64,000 nt of DNA from Lama glama. Lineage: Eukaryota. The first letter of the stretch is position 1. Every line of letters starts with the position of its first letter. Made by a program: the position numbers and the translations under genes. Under the pieces are notes generated by a model that saw only the letters and a list, made by a program, of their open reading frames with translations, was not told the origin of the DNA and did not search any database. Positions 11,600-25,385 of the stretch are shown here, one piece after another. The stretch covers positions 3,474,001 through 3,538,000 of the forward strand of contig CM052818.1 in NCBI GenBank assembly GCA_028534125.1. Direction: 5' to 3'.

Positions 11600-13260
11600 C
11601 AATTTCAATGTAGTCCAATTTTTCCCCCCTTTGGCACTGGTCTACAAAGGCTTTGCCTAATCCTCCTTTTCTTTTATTAGCTTCTTGAATCTTATTTCTT
11701 TCTCTGAGTTTAGTCTTCTTCTCCTGAAATACAACTTTTAGTAGCTCTTTGAAGGATGGTCTATTAGCATAAATTTTTTCAGACTTTTTTTTTTTTTTGG
11801 TCTGAAGCTTCCTTTGTTTCATCTTTATGCTTGAAGGATGCTTTAGTTGGGTACAGAATTCTTGATTAATTTTTATATTTCCTTTACCACTTTGAAGATG
11901 TTATTCCATTGTTTTCTGGCCAATATTATTGCTGTGAGTAGTCTTCTAATTGTTGTTTCTTTGTGGTTAATCTGTATTTCTTCTCTTTGAGTTCTTAAAT
12001 CCTTCTTTATGTCTTTGTTACTAAATGTAGCTATATATATGTGGATTTACTTCTATTTAAACTTTTCCGGATGCACTGTGATTTTGGAATCTGAGGAATT
12101 ACATATTTTATCAGTCCTGGGAATCTCAGCCATTATCATTTTAAATCTTGCTTCTCCCACACTCTCTTCTGTTATAAGTATGTCCCTTTTCTCTGTATTT
12201 AAACTCCTCATTTATATTTTCCGCATTTTTTTTGCTGCCTGCTATATAATATCTTCAGATTTAGCTGCTAACTAATTAGTTCTCTTCAATTGTGTCTAAT
12301 CTGCTGTTAAATTATTTGTTTTAAATTTCAGTGTCTTCCGTTTCTGATATTTCTCTGCGGTGGTTTCCATATTTACCTGCTTCCTCACAAGGTCTTTCTC
12401 TTAACCTTAGGGTTTTGATTTCTTCATCATGGCTAATTATTTTAGGCAAACTCATTTTATATTTTCTTCTAGATTATCAGTCTAATATTTCAGGATTTTA
12501 CAGCTCTAATCCTCTTGTTTTGTTGTCTTCTGGCTGAGCTCCTGGTTGACTTCTTTTTCACATTTTATGCTCTTTTATTATAAAACTCTTATTTTTGCCT
12601 GGGTTGGTTTTATTCCCTGAGAACCTCATGTGCCCTTGGGGGAAGGAGGATCCCTCCAGGGTGGTTTTACATTTGTTCCTCTAAGTGTCTCAGGGTTTTC
12701 CATTGGCCCGGGGTCAATTTTTATGTTAACTTCTTAATTTACGAATTCCTGGACTACAAAGGTAGTGTTAAGCCAAAGCCAACACCAATGTCAGGAGCAG
12801 GCCTGGGTTTTCAGTGTTTCAGTGAAAATATTTTTCCTAACTCGGTGCATGGGCAAAGAAATATGTATTTTTCTTGTCACCTCCCTGTGCTGGTGAGCAG
12901 ATTTTTTTTTTTTTTATACCATCCTTCCACTGAGGGTGCCACCCTTTGGTAGTTTCAGCTTCTCAAGGAGATTTGTTCCAAGTTCCTGTCTGGATTAGGT
13001 CCAGGACCATGTCTTTTATTCTTGCATATGTCTTAAAATCCAAGTCCCTAGCTTATGGTAACTCCCCCCACCTCCCCTGTTAACCCAGGCAGTTGCAATA
13101 GTAACTGGAGTCCTTTCTCGCAGATTTCGGAACCTGCTTCCTTTCTGTTATCTGCAGATTTCTTTTTCCCTCCCAAGCTCAGCTGTATCTTTAAAGACTT
13201 TTTCTCATATTTTATCCAGCATTTCTAAATATTGGTAATGACAGATGTTCCATGTTTCCA
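11600..13260 (-). mobile_element. Ancient L1/HAL1 ORF1-region fragment
   Basis: Minus peptide ANRPSFKELLKVVFQE resembles the ORF1p C-terminus; T-rich antisense L1 texture. Confidence 0.6.
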
Positions 13261-14029
13261 GAACCACCACCCATAGCTTTTTAATTCTTTGAAAAATGCC
13301 TTAGGAGCATAATAAGTAACTGTACAGGAAAGTGGGGACCAGAGGGATGGGCAAGGGTTCAGAAAAAAAAATGTGGTATGTTCTGTGAATTAGAATCTTC
13401 ACTGTGTAACAATTTAGCATTCTTCCAACAGGGAAAGGCATGAATTGAAAACCAAGGAGGATGTAGGCATATAATTTCATAAAAACTAACTCAAGGTTTT
13501 TCCATTTTCATATGAATTATGTCCTAAAAATTGACTTGCTTACAGTAAAGATATATGCTGACTTTCCTTTTCCACCTTCCCTTTCACAATAGTCCTTCTC
13601 CCACTTTACAAAAGGAAGGCATAACTGTCATCATTTACCTCACTGTGCAAAACCCTCCAGACAGCCAAACAAAAGGATTATGGGAAATAGTTGGTCTCTG
13701 AGAAGCATGTTAATTACTAATCAAGTCACCAAACACATGTTCTAAGGCTTTGTATACGTATTTCTGTTAAGGGCAAAGTTAATGGTTAGAAATGGAATAT
13801 TTTGTTCCTGTTGGAATATATCTAACATAGTGTGAGTCTAGGGGAATAATGACAATTTTAATTTAATGTCTTTGCCTCTTCTATTCCTCAACTATTGTCA
13901 GAGGATGCATCATTTTTTTAGGAGGAGTCCCATGAGGGGAAAGCAAAGAAAGCATTAGTGAAAAATATTCAAGGCTATAAGCAGCTTTTATAATATAAAC
14001 AATTCTTTTAGGCTACTCCTAATACTTAC

Positions 14030-14071
14030 CCTTAAGACAAGTCAATAGATGGAAAGAAAAGCATGTTCAAA
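14030..14071 (-). pseudogene. Candidate fossil exon (42 nt, phase 0-0)
   Basis: tttgttctgcttctttAG|FEHAFLSIY*LVLR|GTAAGT; near-consensus splice sites on both sides. Confidence 0.55.
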
Positions 14072-14397
14072 CTAAAGAAGCAGAACAAACTTGTAACTAT
14101 TTATGACCATATATGACTTTTGATGAAAAACTCACTTCATTTGTTTAAAACTCAATGTGAATCACTAAGTTAAAATGTATTTCATAAAGCATATAATGAA
14201 ATATTTATTTAAGCTGTCATCAATCTTCATCTTATTTCATCAAGTTAAATACTTAATATTTTCTAAATCCTAATAAAAACAACAAAAAAATAAAAGTGTA
14301 TGCCATCTGGCAGGCCAATTCATAAGCAGTTTGTATCTTCCTTTTTTATTAAACACACAAGGAAAGTTTGAACATAATATCTAAAGAGTTAACAGGG

Positions 14398-15195
14398 AGG
14401 AGAGGGTGTGGAGAAAAGAGAACCTTCCTACACTGTTGGTGGGAATGTAAATTGGTGCAGCCACTATAAAGAACAGTATGGATGTTCCTTAAAAAACTAA
14501 AAATAGAGTTACCATTGTGATCCAGCAATCCCACTCCTGGGCATATATCTGGAGAAAACTAGAATTCAAAAAGACACATGCACCCTAATGTTCATAGCAG
14601 CACTATTTACAATAGCCAAGACATGGAAGCAACTTAAATGTCTATTGACAAATGAGTGGATAAAGAAGATGTGGTATATATATATATATATACAATGGAA
14701 TATTACTTAGCCATAAAGAGAATGAAATAATGTCATTTGCAGCAACATGGATGGATCTAGAGACTATCAGACTAAGTGAAGTAAGTCAGACAGAGAGAGG
14801 AATATCATATGATATCACTCACATGTGGAATCTAGAAAAAAAATGATACAAATGAACTTATTTACAAACCAGAAACAGACTCACAGACATAGAAAATAAA
14901 CTATGGTTACTAAAGGGGAAAGGGGGGTAATAAATAAGGAGTTTGGGACTAACATATACATAGTACTAGATATAAAATAAACAACAAGGGCCTACTGTAT
15001 AGCACATGGAAATATATTCAGTATCTTATAATAACCTAAAATGGAAAAGAATCTGAAAAAGAATATATATATATTGTATGTACGTGTATGTGAGTGTGTG
15101 TGTGTCTATATATATATGAAACCAATCACTTTGCTGTATACCTGAAACTAATACACATTGTAAATCAACAATACTTCAACTTAAAAAGTTTTAAA
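14398..15195 (+). mobile_element. 5'-truncated L1 (3' end)
   Basis: L1 ORF2 end and 3'UTR (ACAGACTCACAGACATAGAAAA); perfect 15-bp TSD AAAGAGTTAACAGGG at 14383-14397 and 15196-15210. Confidence 0.95.
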
Positions 15196-15892
15196 AAAGA
15201 GTTAACAGGGCTATTTCTGATTTTTATACATGATTCTTATTCTGAAAAGCCAAACACTTGTTTTTGATAAATGCCACATATACTTAACAAAAGGCATACA
15301 ATGTCTTTTATTATGACTCTTGCTTAATCAATAACTTACTTGTAACTTTAGCTATATATCCTAGGTCATTTCAAAATAAGTAATAAAATAGCATATTCTT
15401 TTCATGTTGTTTTATAACATAAAATGGAAAAAAGCTAATTATATTAGATCTACGTTATTTTAATCTCAATTGATTTTTAGTAATGTTGCAAGATACTATC
15501 TATAATTTATTTCATAATGCTTTATAATCTTTCTTGAAACATATAAACACATACTGTATACATAGTGTAAATAAAATTAGAGGGGAAAAAAAAGCCAGAC
15601 TTTTCTCACAAAGCAAATCTGATTTACATGGTTGGTTTGACCAAGAGGACTGACTGTACTAACTAGATTATATCATGTACTCATAAATTAAATGTATTAT
15701 TAAATTAAATGAGTAAAATTTATTTCAACAGTTTTGACAAAAATATATTTAAATCACACTATAAAAATAGCATTTTATTAAGAAATATTACATTGATAAG
15801 GGTGCTTTGAAATTAACATTACTTCTATTTTCACAACCCTTTTTGAGAACAAGGTTAAACAAGGTGCCTCTAAGGGAAAGAATAGCACTCAT

Positions 15893-16190
15893 GTGCCAAA
15901 TCTTGGCAAAATGTTTTTGATATATTTCCCAGAAACTAAGGCAGTGAACGGCTCCAATGACTGGATAATAAATTTCTGAAAGTGGTAGTTTTCTTTCTTC
16001 TGCTTTTGATAGAATTTTAAAAGGATCAATCAAGTTAAAGTTGATATATTGTTAAAAGTAATTTTTGAGAATAGATCCCTTTGCATTTTATTTCTTATGT
16101 CTTTTTAGACATGCAAAGAAATATGTGATGCTTTTAAAGGAAAACTTCAAGCCTCATCTATGTATGTACTGAAAGAGTTTTCCCAATGTT
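15893..16190 (-). pseudogene. Candidate fossil exon (298 nt, phase 2-0)
   Basis: Strong T-rich acceptor ending TTTTTATAG|; reads TLGKLFQYIHR*GLKFSFKSITYFFACLKRHKK*NAKGSILKNYF*QYINFNLIDPFKILSKAEERKLPLSEIYYPVIGAVHCLSFWEIYQKHFAKIWH; ends at CAC|ATGAGT, a GTGAGT donor with G>A. Confidence 0.6.
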
Positions 16191-17468
16191 CTATAAAAAT
16201 AAAAAAAAGACATAAAATTGATGGAATGAACTAAATTTTTAAAAGTCCCATTCATCTTGTAAAGAAGTGTGCTCCCAATATATTTTTATTTTTTTGTCAA
16301 TTTATCAAATTTGTATTATATTTATATGGTTTTAATCAAATACATAAAGCTAATAATTGTCAACCACAAGAAATTTTTTAACACTTAGAGACTTACACAC
16401 ACAGGAAATTAAAAAATAATTGTGTTGTGTAGAAATAAAATGGTACAATCAATGAAAAACAATCCAAGCATTTAATTATATTACTTTAGGGTAAACTTCT
16501 GTGGGGGAATTAGAAATGTGTGTTCCAGAAGACAAAAGAATAGTGTGAAATTCCTAGCTGTTGGAGAACAATTTAAGTATTTTTAAATGGATGATGGTAT
16601 TTATATTCCATCAAATAAGTGGCATCTAGTCTCCTTTCCATACATTGAAAAGAGTGATGAAACAGTTTTATTTTTAAATGACAGTGTTTACAAGATGCTA
16701 TAAATTATATTCCTTGCAATTATTTAGACTTACGATGAAAATTTGTATAAGTCAACATTAAAACATAAGAGGGAATATGGGGTTTTAAAAAGTGAACTTA
16801 GTGATTATGTCAGTGAAAACATTTGAAAATCACTGTAATAATTTCCAAGTAATGCATGATTTTTCACAGATGCTCCCATGAGAGGCCCAGCTGAAAGACT
16901 GTAGATTTCTACTGGGGTCTAATCTCTGCCCTCTTGTTAAGCCAAATCCACCAGCAAAAAGGACTACTTGGAAAATATTTGCCAAGAAGCACTTAAATTC
17001 TTAAGTTTCTAATGAATTGAGGTCACTGCTTCATTCGGTAATTTATTCAATGGACATGGATTGAATTATATTTTATGGCTTGTCATTGAGGTATACCTGA
17101 GGACTGGTGCCTGACCTCAAAAATGCCCTCTACCCTAAACTGTAACTTCCAAGAACCTGCTTTTACTAAGGGTAGGCCAGCTGATTTGAACTCTGTTAGC
17201 TTCGTTTATGTAGTTATTCATCAGCCAAAACAAGGCCCCATAATTAGAGTATTTAAAACTTAAATAATGATTAGAGGAAAATTAAAACTTCTGTGGCACA
17301 TGAAAGCTTTATTTATTGAGAGTCAAGCTCTTAGCTTTAAATGGTTTTATTCTGAAATAAGAAAGAATAAAGCAAATATGCCAAATATTTGTCTAAATAA
17401 CTAGAAATGTAATAAAATAAACCAAGGTAAAGCCAAAGGAAAAACAAAATATAAATAAAAGGAGAAAA

Positions 17469-17651
17469 ACAGATAAACAACAAGGACCTACTGAGTAGCA
17501 CAGGGAACTATATTCAGTATCTTATAATAACCTATAATGGAAAAGAATCTGAAAAAGAATATATGTATATATGTACGTATAACTGAATCACTTGAGTGTA
17601 CACTTGAAATTAACACACATTGTAAATTAATTGCACTTCAATTTTTTTAAT
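17469..17651 (+). mobile_element. Short L1 3' tail
   Basis: AACAACAAGGACCTACTG...TTGTAAATTAA; flanked by AAAGGAGAAAA on both sides. Confidence 0.85.
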
Positions 17652-17814
17652 AAAGGAGAAAATATGGAAGTCTCATTTCTGTTTTTGCTTATCATTTTAT
17701 CATTTTTTTTCATAGAAATTCCCTTTATTGAATGTCTGGTGGTTTATACCATCCAGAAAATATCCTCTTCTCTATCAGTTATACATGGAAAATTCAGCTG
17801 GTCATTTATTATTA

Positions 17815-18445
17815 ATTTATTATTTTTAATTTTTAATTTGAAATATAGTTCATGTATAATTTTTTTTAGTTTCAGGTATACAGAATAATGATTCAGTATT
17901 TTTACAGATTACACATCATTAAGTTATTACATGATAATGGCTATAGTTCTTTGCCCTATGCAATATATCACTATTACTTGTCTATTTTATACATAGAGCT
18001 TGTCTCTCTTAATTCCATACCCTTAATTTGTCCCATACCCCCTCCCTCTCCCCTTCAGTAACAACTAGTTTGTTTTCCTTATTTGTGAGATTTTTTTCCC
18101 TATTTTTCATCTACGTTCAATCATATTATTTTTTAATTGTACATGTAAGTGATATCATACAGTACTTGTCTTTTTCTGTTTGGCTTACTTCATTATGCAT
18201 AATATTCTCTAGGTCCAGCCAACTGGCCACAAATGGCAGAATTTCATTCGTTTTATGCCACATCTAATACTGCACTGTAGGTGTATATATATACCAAATC
18301 TCCTTTATCCATTCATTTGTTGATGGGCATTTGGGTTGCTTCCATGTCATGGCTATTTTAAATAATGCCACTGTGAACTTTGGATTAGTGGTTTTGTATT
18401 TTCTGGGTGTATATTCAGGAGTGGAATTGCTGGCTTATATGGATT
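17815..18445 (-). mobile_element. L1 3' end, antisense
   Basis: GTAAGTGATATCATACAGTACTTGTC...TGATGGGCATTTGGGTTGCTTCCATGTC...GGAGTGGAATTGCTGG. Confidence 0.85.
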
Positions 18446-18859
18446 TTTAAAATCCTCAGTGCCTGGCAGACCTCCATGGTCCTTGCACATAGTGGACAAA
18501 GCAGACGTTACTACAGTATATTCTCTATCAACTGAAACGATTCACACACACACACATAGGTAATATATATGCATACTGAAAATGACAGAGGGGATATCCA
18601 TCTAGCTAACACTGTAGGGTTACTTATGAGTAACGAGATCAATTATTTTATTCTTCCTTCTGCTTTTCTTCTGTTTGCCTTTCCATATTTTTAAATTTTA
18701 TAAATGATTATGTATTATCATAACTAGAAAAATGTTTAAAGATAACTATTCATCAAAATTTTTAAAAACCTAATATCAAACTGGGGAAAAGGGTTTTCCA
18801 TTTATGTGACAATGGGTTTTAATGAATGTCACTAATATATCAAGATCTACACATCCAAT

Positions 18860-19325
18860 CTGAAGTAGTCACTCAGATACTCTTTATCACATCACCCTAG
18901 TCTAATTATTTGCATGGGATTTATCGCTATCCAACATTCTTCTTGAATTGTTTGTTTATTTATTGTGTTTTCCTTACACCCTGACCCCAACATAGGCTCT
19001 CTTACAAGGAGAAACCTTGCTTATATTGTTCTATATTATATTCTCTATGCCGAGAACAGTGCCCAGTACATGGGAGGAGCTCAGTACATACTGACTGAAA
19101 AATAAAAGAGCACTTTCAATCAATTCTTAAACATGAATGCTCCAACAGAAAACTGAAAGACAATGTGATTTTAAAATGAAGAAATATACATATCCATAAG
19201 TATTAGACTATAAACTCTGTAAGGGAAGCAATATTTTTATCTACTTATCATTATATTTCCAGTTCCTAGCATAGATTTGGCATGTAATAGGTGCTTCATA
19301 AAACAACTAATGAATAAGTAAATGA
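18860..19325 (+). mobile_element. Two L2 3'-end fragments
   Basis: AGAACAGTGCCCAGTACATGG...CTCAGTA and TAGACTATAAACTCTGTAAGGG...GGCATGTAATAGGTGCT...GAATAAGTAAATGAA. Confidence 0.65.
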
Positions 19326-19331
19326 ACATAA

Positions 19332-19798
19332 TGTTAAACAAAAAATTTTCAGGACATTTGTCAAAGACAGTAAGGAAGACTATATTCAAGAGGGACTATT
19401 GCAATGAGGATTTGGTACTAGGGGAGAGGGACCAAGTATGAATCCAAACACAACCAGGATAATGGAGATTTATAGCCAAGGAGCAGGGTGGGGATCAGTG
19501 GATGGAAAATTACTATGGAAACCTCAAGGCTAGGGAGGTTCTTGCTGGTCAGATGCAACAAGATTCTTACCTGAAGGCAGTCCAGGGTGATAAGAGATTG
19601 AGAACAGAGGATAAGGAATTTGACCAGATATCCAGAGTGAGCACATATCAAATGTGGGGGATTTTCACTCAACTGACTCAGCAGGATTCCTGCTAAAACT
19701 GGACTAAGCAGACCAAGGACAGAGCCTAAGATCAAAGCCTAGTCAAAAAGAGGACTCAGCAGAGCTGACTCAAGTTTGGTCAAGGAGAGTCTTTGTTA
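19332..19798 (-). mobile_element. ERV1-type solo LTR (MER31-like)
   Basis: Minus strand starts T(A)ACAAAGACTCTCCTTGACCAAACTT and ends ...AACA; near-TSD ATAA/ATGA. Confidence 0.75.
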
Positions 19799-20454
19799 AT
19801 GATAAAGTGCTCACTAACTTAAAATAATGACAATTAGAGCAATGAGCAGCATCTCTACCTATCAAAATGTAATAGATTTCTCTTTAAACTGTACAATCTC
19901 AGTGTTCGAAAGGGTATGGAAATACTTAGGACTTAATGTCTCCTTTTAAGACCAAAACTTCCTTGAGTGTAAGGAATGTATCTATTTTGTTCATTGTAAT
20001 AAACTTTCAAAGGCGTAGCCCATAGTAGGTGCTTAATGAATATTTATTAACTGAGTCACTGAGTGGAGAGCAAACTACTATGCTTCCTGGAGGGGACTTT
20101 GGCTCTCTAGCTGCAAAAACATTCATACCTCTTGAACTACTTATTCCATTTATTAAAAACGTAGCCTTAGAAAAAAAATCAAAGAAGCACAAAAAAAGAT
20201 ATTCATTCTAATCACATATGAATAAGAGTAAAATTTTAAAATAAAACAATAAAATATTACTAGTAAAGAACTGATTATTAAGCCCAGCTATTAAAAATAA
20301 TGTTTCTGAAAAATATGTAAGGAAATGAAAACCTATTAAATGAAAAAAGTGTAATATAATGTACCAAATATACATTGTGATCTAATATGGTAAAAAAAAA
20401 CTATTATGTATGGAAAAATGCTAAAAGGAAACTGATCAAAATGTCAATAGCATA

Positions 20455-22060
20455 AATAAATGGAAAGATATTCCATGCTTATGTATTGGAAGGATATTGT
20501 TAAAATGTCCATACTACCCAAAACAATATGTAGATTTATAATCTCTAGCAAAATTCTAATGGCATATTTTTCAGGAATAGAACAAAAATCTTAAAATTTG
20601 TATTGAACCATAAAAGACCACGAACAGGCAAAGAAGTCTTGAGAAAGAACAAAGCTGGAGGCATCACACTCCTTGATTTCAAGCTATAGTAATTAAAATA
20701 GTATGATATTGAAATAAAAACAGACACATAGATCAATGGAATAGAATAGAGAGCCCAGAAATAAATCCATGCATAGATAAAAAAGGAGCCAAGAATATAC
20801 AACGGGGAAAGGACAATCTCTGCAATAAACAGTGCTGGGAAAATGGAGTCACATGCAAAAGAATAAAACTGGACCGTATACAAAAATCAACTCAAAATGG
20901 ATTGAAAGTAAGACCTGAAACTATAAAACTCCTAGAAGAAAACGTAGGCAGTAAGCTACTTGACGTAGGTCTTGGTGATGGTTTTTGTAAACTGACACCA
21001 GAAGCAAAAGCAGCAAAAGCGAAAATAAACAAGTGGGACTACACCAAACTAAAAAGTGTCTGCACAGCAAAAGAAACCATCCATAAAAATGAAAAGGCAA
21101 CCTGCTGAATGGCAGAAAATATTCGCAAATCATATATCTGATAAGTGGCTAATATTCAAAACATAAAAAACTCATACAACTCAATAGCAAAAAACCAAAC
21201 AGTCTGATTTAAAAATGAGCAGAAGATATGAATCAACATATTTCCAAAGAAGACATACAGATGGCCAATAAGTATGTGAAAAGATGTTCTACATCCTTAG
21301 CCATCAGGGAAATGCAAATCAAAACCACAAGGAAATATCACCTCACACCCGTTAAAATGGCTATTATCAAAAAGACTAGAAATGTGTTGGTAAGGCTGTG
21401 GAAATAAGGGAACTCTTATGCCCTGCTGGTGGGAATGCAAATTGGTGCAGCCACTATGGAAAAAAATATGACATCTCCTCAAAAAAATTAAAAATAGAAC
21501 TACCCACTGGAAATTGACACAACATTGTAAAATGACTATAACTCAATAAAAAAATTAAAAAAAAAATAGAACTACCATCTGTTACAGCAATTCCACTTTC
21601 TGGTATTTATCTGTATAAAAATGTAAATGCTAATTTGAAAAGATATATGTACCTCCATGTTCACTGTAGCATTATTTACAATAGTCAAAATATGGAAACA
21701 ACCTAAGTGTTCATTGATGGGTGAATGGACAAAGAATCTGTGGTATATATACACAATGGAGTATTATTCAGCCATAAAAAAGAAGGAAATCTTGTCACAT
21801 GTGACAACATGAATGGATTCCAAGGGCATTATGCTAAGTGATATAAGTCAGACAGAGAAAGGCAAATACCATGTCATCTCTCTTATATGCAGAATCTAAA
21901 AAATATCTATCTATCTACATAGATATATACATATATATGTATCTATGTATATATCTTATAGATGCAGAGAACAGGTTTGTCATTTCCAGGGGCAGGGGGT
22001 GGGGGTTGGGAGAAAGAGGTGAACTGTTTTCTTCTTGCTATTTAAATAAATTGAATTTTT
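20455..22060 (+). mobile_element. L1 ORF2 3' part plus 3'UTR, with a nested mini-insertion
   Basis: Peptide KVRPETIKLLEENVGSKLLDVGLG...KINKWDYTKLKS; typical L1 3'UTR. Confidence 0.92.
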
Positions 22061-22666
22061 AAAGAAAATGAGGACTGAGAGCTGCCTGTTGGATATAGTA
22101 ATGTGAAAAATTGGTAGAGACTGCAAGAATAGACAATTGCATTGAGGTGTTTCGCTGGAAAGAAAAATGGGGTAGTTGCTGGAGGAGGTGAAAATTCAAG
22201 GTAAGTTAACATTTAACTAATGACATCAAAATGAACTGCAGGAGAAGGTGGAAATACAGGACACCTAGAACGTCTCAATTGCCTTTCATGTTGTCCAAGA
22301 GAACTGAATATCCTGTACACTCTCTTTATTAATCCATTGAGATGTACTGATATCAAACTTGGATTTTCTGGTCTAGAAGCTTTTGTGATGAAGGAATTCT
22401 GCTAAGAGAACATTTCTATGGTTAAGCAGACTACTAGAGCTCAATCTAATTAAGACCCTGATAAGAAGAATTAAGTATGTTTCAGTTATTTTGATTGATT
22501 TTTTTCATTAAATCACTAGTTCATTTATTCAAAGCATTTATTGAGCACTCACTATGTATGTGTGAATCGGTTGCTAAGGATAGAAAGACAAATACGGTGT
22601 AAATCTGAAGGGATAAACATGTAAACCAATAATGACTGTACAAATTGATTTGAGCTATAATGGAAG

Positions 22667-22890
22667 TATAGTCATCTTTCCACATTCGAGGGGTGTTGGT
22701 TCCAAGACCCGTCTCAGATACCAGCATTTATCCATGCTCAAGTCCCTTACATAATATGATGTAGCATTTGCCCATAACCTATACACATCCTTCTGTATAT
22801 TTAAAATCATCTCTAAATTACTTATAAAACCTAATACAATATAAATGCTATGTAAATAGTTGTAAATACAATGTAAATGCTATATAAATA
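22667..22890 (+). mobile_element. MER2/Tigger-type DNA transposon fragment
   Basis: TTGGTTCCAAGACCC...ATGCTCAAGTCCCTTAC...TAAAATCATCTCTAAATTACTTATAA...TAAATGCTATGTAAATAGTTGT. Confidence 0.8.
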
Positions 22891-23235
22891 GTACATTCAA
22901 AGTGATTTAGTAACAGTAAGTAGCAGAACCAAGTAGAAGGAGTAGCTGAAAGATTTATAGTGACTAAAAGGAAAAAGAGGATTTAGATCTATAATAGAGC
23001 ATTGGACTGGAAAATGTTGAGAGGTCCTTGAAAATTTGAGCTTCACGAAAACAGTGACTGCAAAACAAATGTCAACAGCAAATACCTCTCAGTGATTTTT
23101 ATTATGAGTTGACTTTTATTCTTAATACTTTCTTCAATGATTATATAATTACTTTTTAAACCAGAATACAAAAACCAAAAGCGAGACATCTTTTTAAAGA
23201 AGGGAAATGGTTATTACAATGTCCCTTCTGCTAGC

Positions 23236-23372
23236 CAGTGGTTCTCAAACTTGAAAATGTATCAGAATCACCTGCATGGTTGGTGAAAAGAGAATGCCAC
23301 CTCTGACCCTCCCTCCTATTCAGCAGCTCTGGGTGGGGCCTGATAACTTCCATTTCTAATAAGTGCCACTGG
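23236..23372. mobile_element. MER5A-like hAT MITE
   Basis: CAGTGGTTCTCAAACTT...ATCAGAATCACCTG...GGGTGGGGCC...CATTTCTAATAAG. Confidence 0.7.
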
Positions 23373-23903
23373 ACTAAAAGATGGCAACATAGAATGGCTT
23401 TGTGGTTAGTGAAAATGCCTGGGTTTTGAAGTCAGTCAGGTAATTCTGCTTCTGCCCTTTGCAGGCTCGGTGTAGCAACAGTGGACATATTTTAACCCTC
23501 CCCAGACTCTTTTCACATTGATGGAATAAACATAACACACACCTCATAAATGTATTGTGAAGGCTGAACAATATGCTTAAACATCCAATGCACTGCAGGC
23601 CTTAGTTAAGATCCTTCAATAATGTTGGTCCCTTTCCCTTTGATTTTTCTTAAGGATGGACCACACATTTGCCATTACTGTGTTTAGTGTGACACGGTTT
23701 AGCCACAATGCAGGTCAAATCATTTCCTCCAAATTTAACAAACCATGTACATCCCTCTGCTAGGAACAAAATCCTCATCGTTCATTTATGAAATTGGGGA
23801 TAATAGTATAATAGTACCTACTCTGATATTATAGATAATAGTATCCTTTGCAGAGGCACATCCATGAAGCTTAAACAAGATAGTATGTCAAATGCTTAGT
23901 TCA

Positions 23904-24217
23904 CTGAAATATGACACAAGCGAACTTATTTACAAAACAGAAACAGACTCACAGACATGGAAAACAAATTTATGGTTACCAAAGAGGAAAGGGATGGGAG
24001 AAGGATAAATCAGGAGTTTGGGATTAGCAGATACAAACTGCTATAGTTAAAATAAACAACCAAGTCCTACTGTATAGCATAGGGAACTATATTCAATATC
24101 CTGTAGTAAACCATAATGGAAAAGAATATGGAGAAGAATATATATGTATAACTGAATTACTTTGCTGTACACTAGAAACTCACATGACATTGTAAATCAA
24201 CTATACATCAACTTAAA
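23904..24217 (+). mobile_element. L1 3' end inserted in a MIR
   Basis: Same 3'UTR family as 14398-15195; TSD AAATGCTTA(G/A)TTCA at 23890-23903 and 24218-24231. Confidence 0.9.
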
Positions 24218-24821
24218 AAATGCTTAATTCAGTAATTGTACATGGAAGATACATAGTAAACAAGAGTTTCCCTTCCCTTTCCCGTTAATTGGATATTTCT
24301 CCATAGTTTCTCCTAGATCAAGTTCAAAAGCTCACCTTTCTAGAATATCTCAAATCAACCTTTCCAGCCTGATCAGACTGTTCCCTTCTGTGTCATGTGT
24401 AATTTGAAGTCAGTCATTTGGTTTATTTAAGTACTGGTAAGGACACACTGTATATCAACTACTGTACTGGGTGTTCAAGGAGGTAAGTAGAACACTGTTT
24501 CCTGGTTGTGGGTAGTTGGTTGGAATGACAGTATACATAAAAAGTTGAATAAGAATGCAAGGCCAGATGGGACAAATTTTACAGAAAGCAAGTGTGGTAG
24601 GAGTGCTGAGATTACAGTGGTTGATCTGATTACTTTGCCCTAAGAACAAAAGAATTACTAAGAGTTGTAAGAGAGTCACGGTTTTACAGCTGAGAAGATA
24701 GGTCCAGAGACTAAGAGGTTTAGGGGCACAGCTGTGGAGTGGCTCCTGGTTTCATGCTGCTTGTAGACATGTTTCTTTCTATTTTCAAGTATTTTCATCA
24801 GTTTATGTTTGTTCTTTTATG

Positions 24822-25070
24822 TAGGCAGTTTGGTGTAGCTATGTAAGCACTGGGCTCTGAAGCCAAAATGTTTATGTCTGAGTCTTGGCTTTGGCTTGGC
24901 CAGTTACTATCTGTGTAACTTTGGGCAAGTCATTTATCTCTATGCTTCAGTTCCCTCATGTATAAATTGAGAACAGTAATAGTACTTTATTTCATAGGGT
25001 TGCTGTGAGGATTCACTGACGTAATATATGTAAAGCATTAAAAACTGTGGTGTTATTATAACTGTCATTA
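24822..25070 (+). mobile_element. MIR SINE
   Basis: GGCTCTGAAGCCA...TTGGGCAAGTCATTTATCTCTATGCTTCAGTTCCCTCAT...ATAGGGTTGCTGTGAGGATT. Confidence 0.8.
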
Positions 25071-25385
25071 GTCTCGGAGAGAACGGAAAGCAAGGAGTCT
25101 AGTCTTCTGTTTTTTGTTTTTTTCTTCTTCTTCTTTTTTAAACCTCCTCCCTCAGATTCTGATCCAAGCATCCAAATAGGTGCTCAGTAAATACATGTTA
25201 GCTACCTTAATCCTATGGGATGAAAACACTTTTTTGTATTTCACTAGTAAGACTTGGAATCTGTGTAAGTCTGGCCTAGTCTGGTAACAGGGGAATCTAG
25301 AAAAGTAAAAACTCAGATAGCAACAGATTCTAGGACCCAACAGAGCTTCTTTTAAAAAAAGTCAGTCAAGATCAATAGATCTTAC

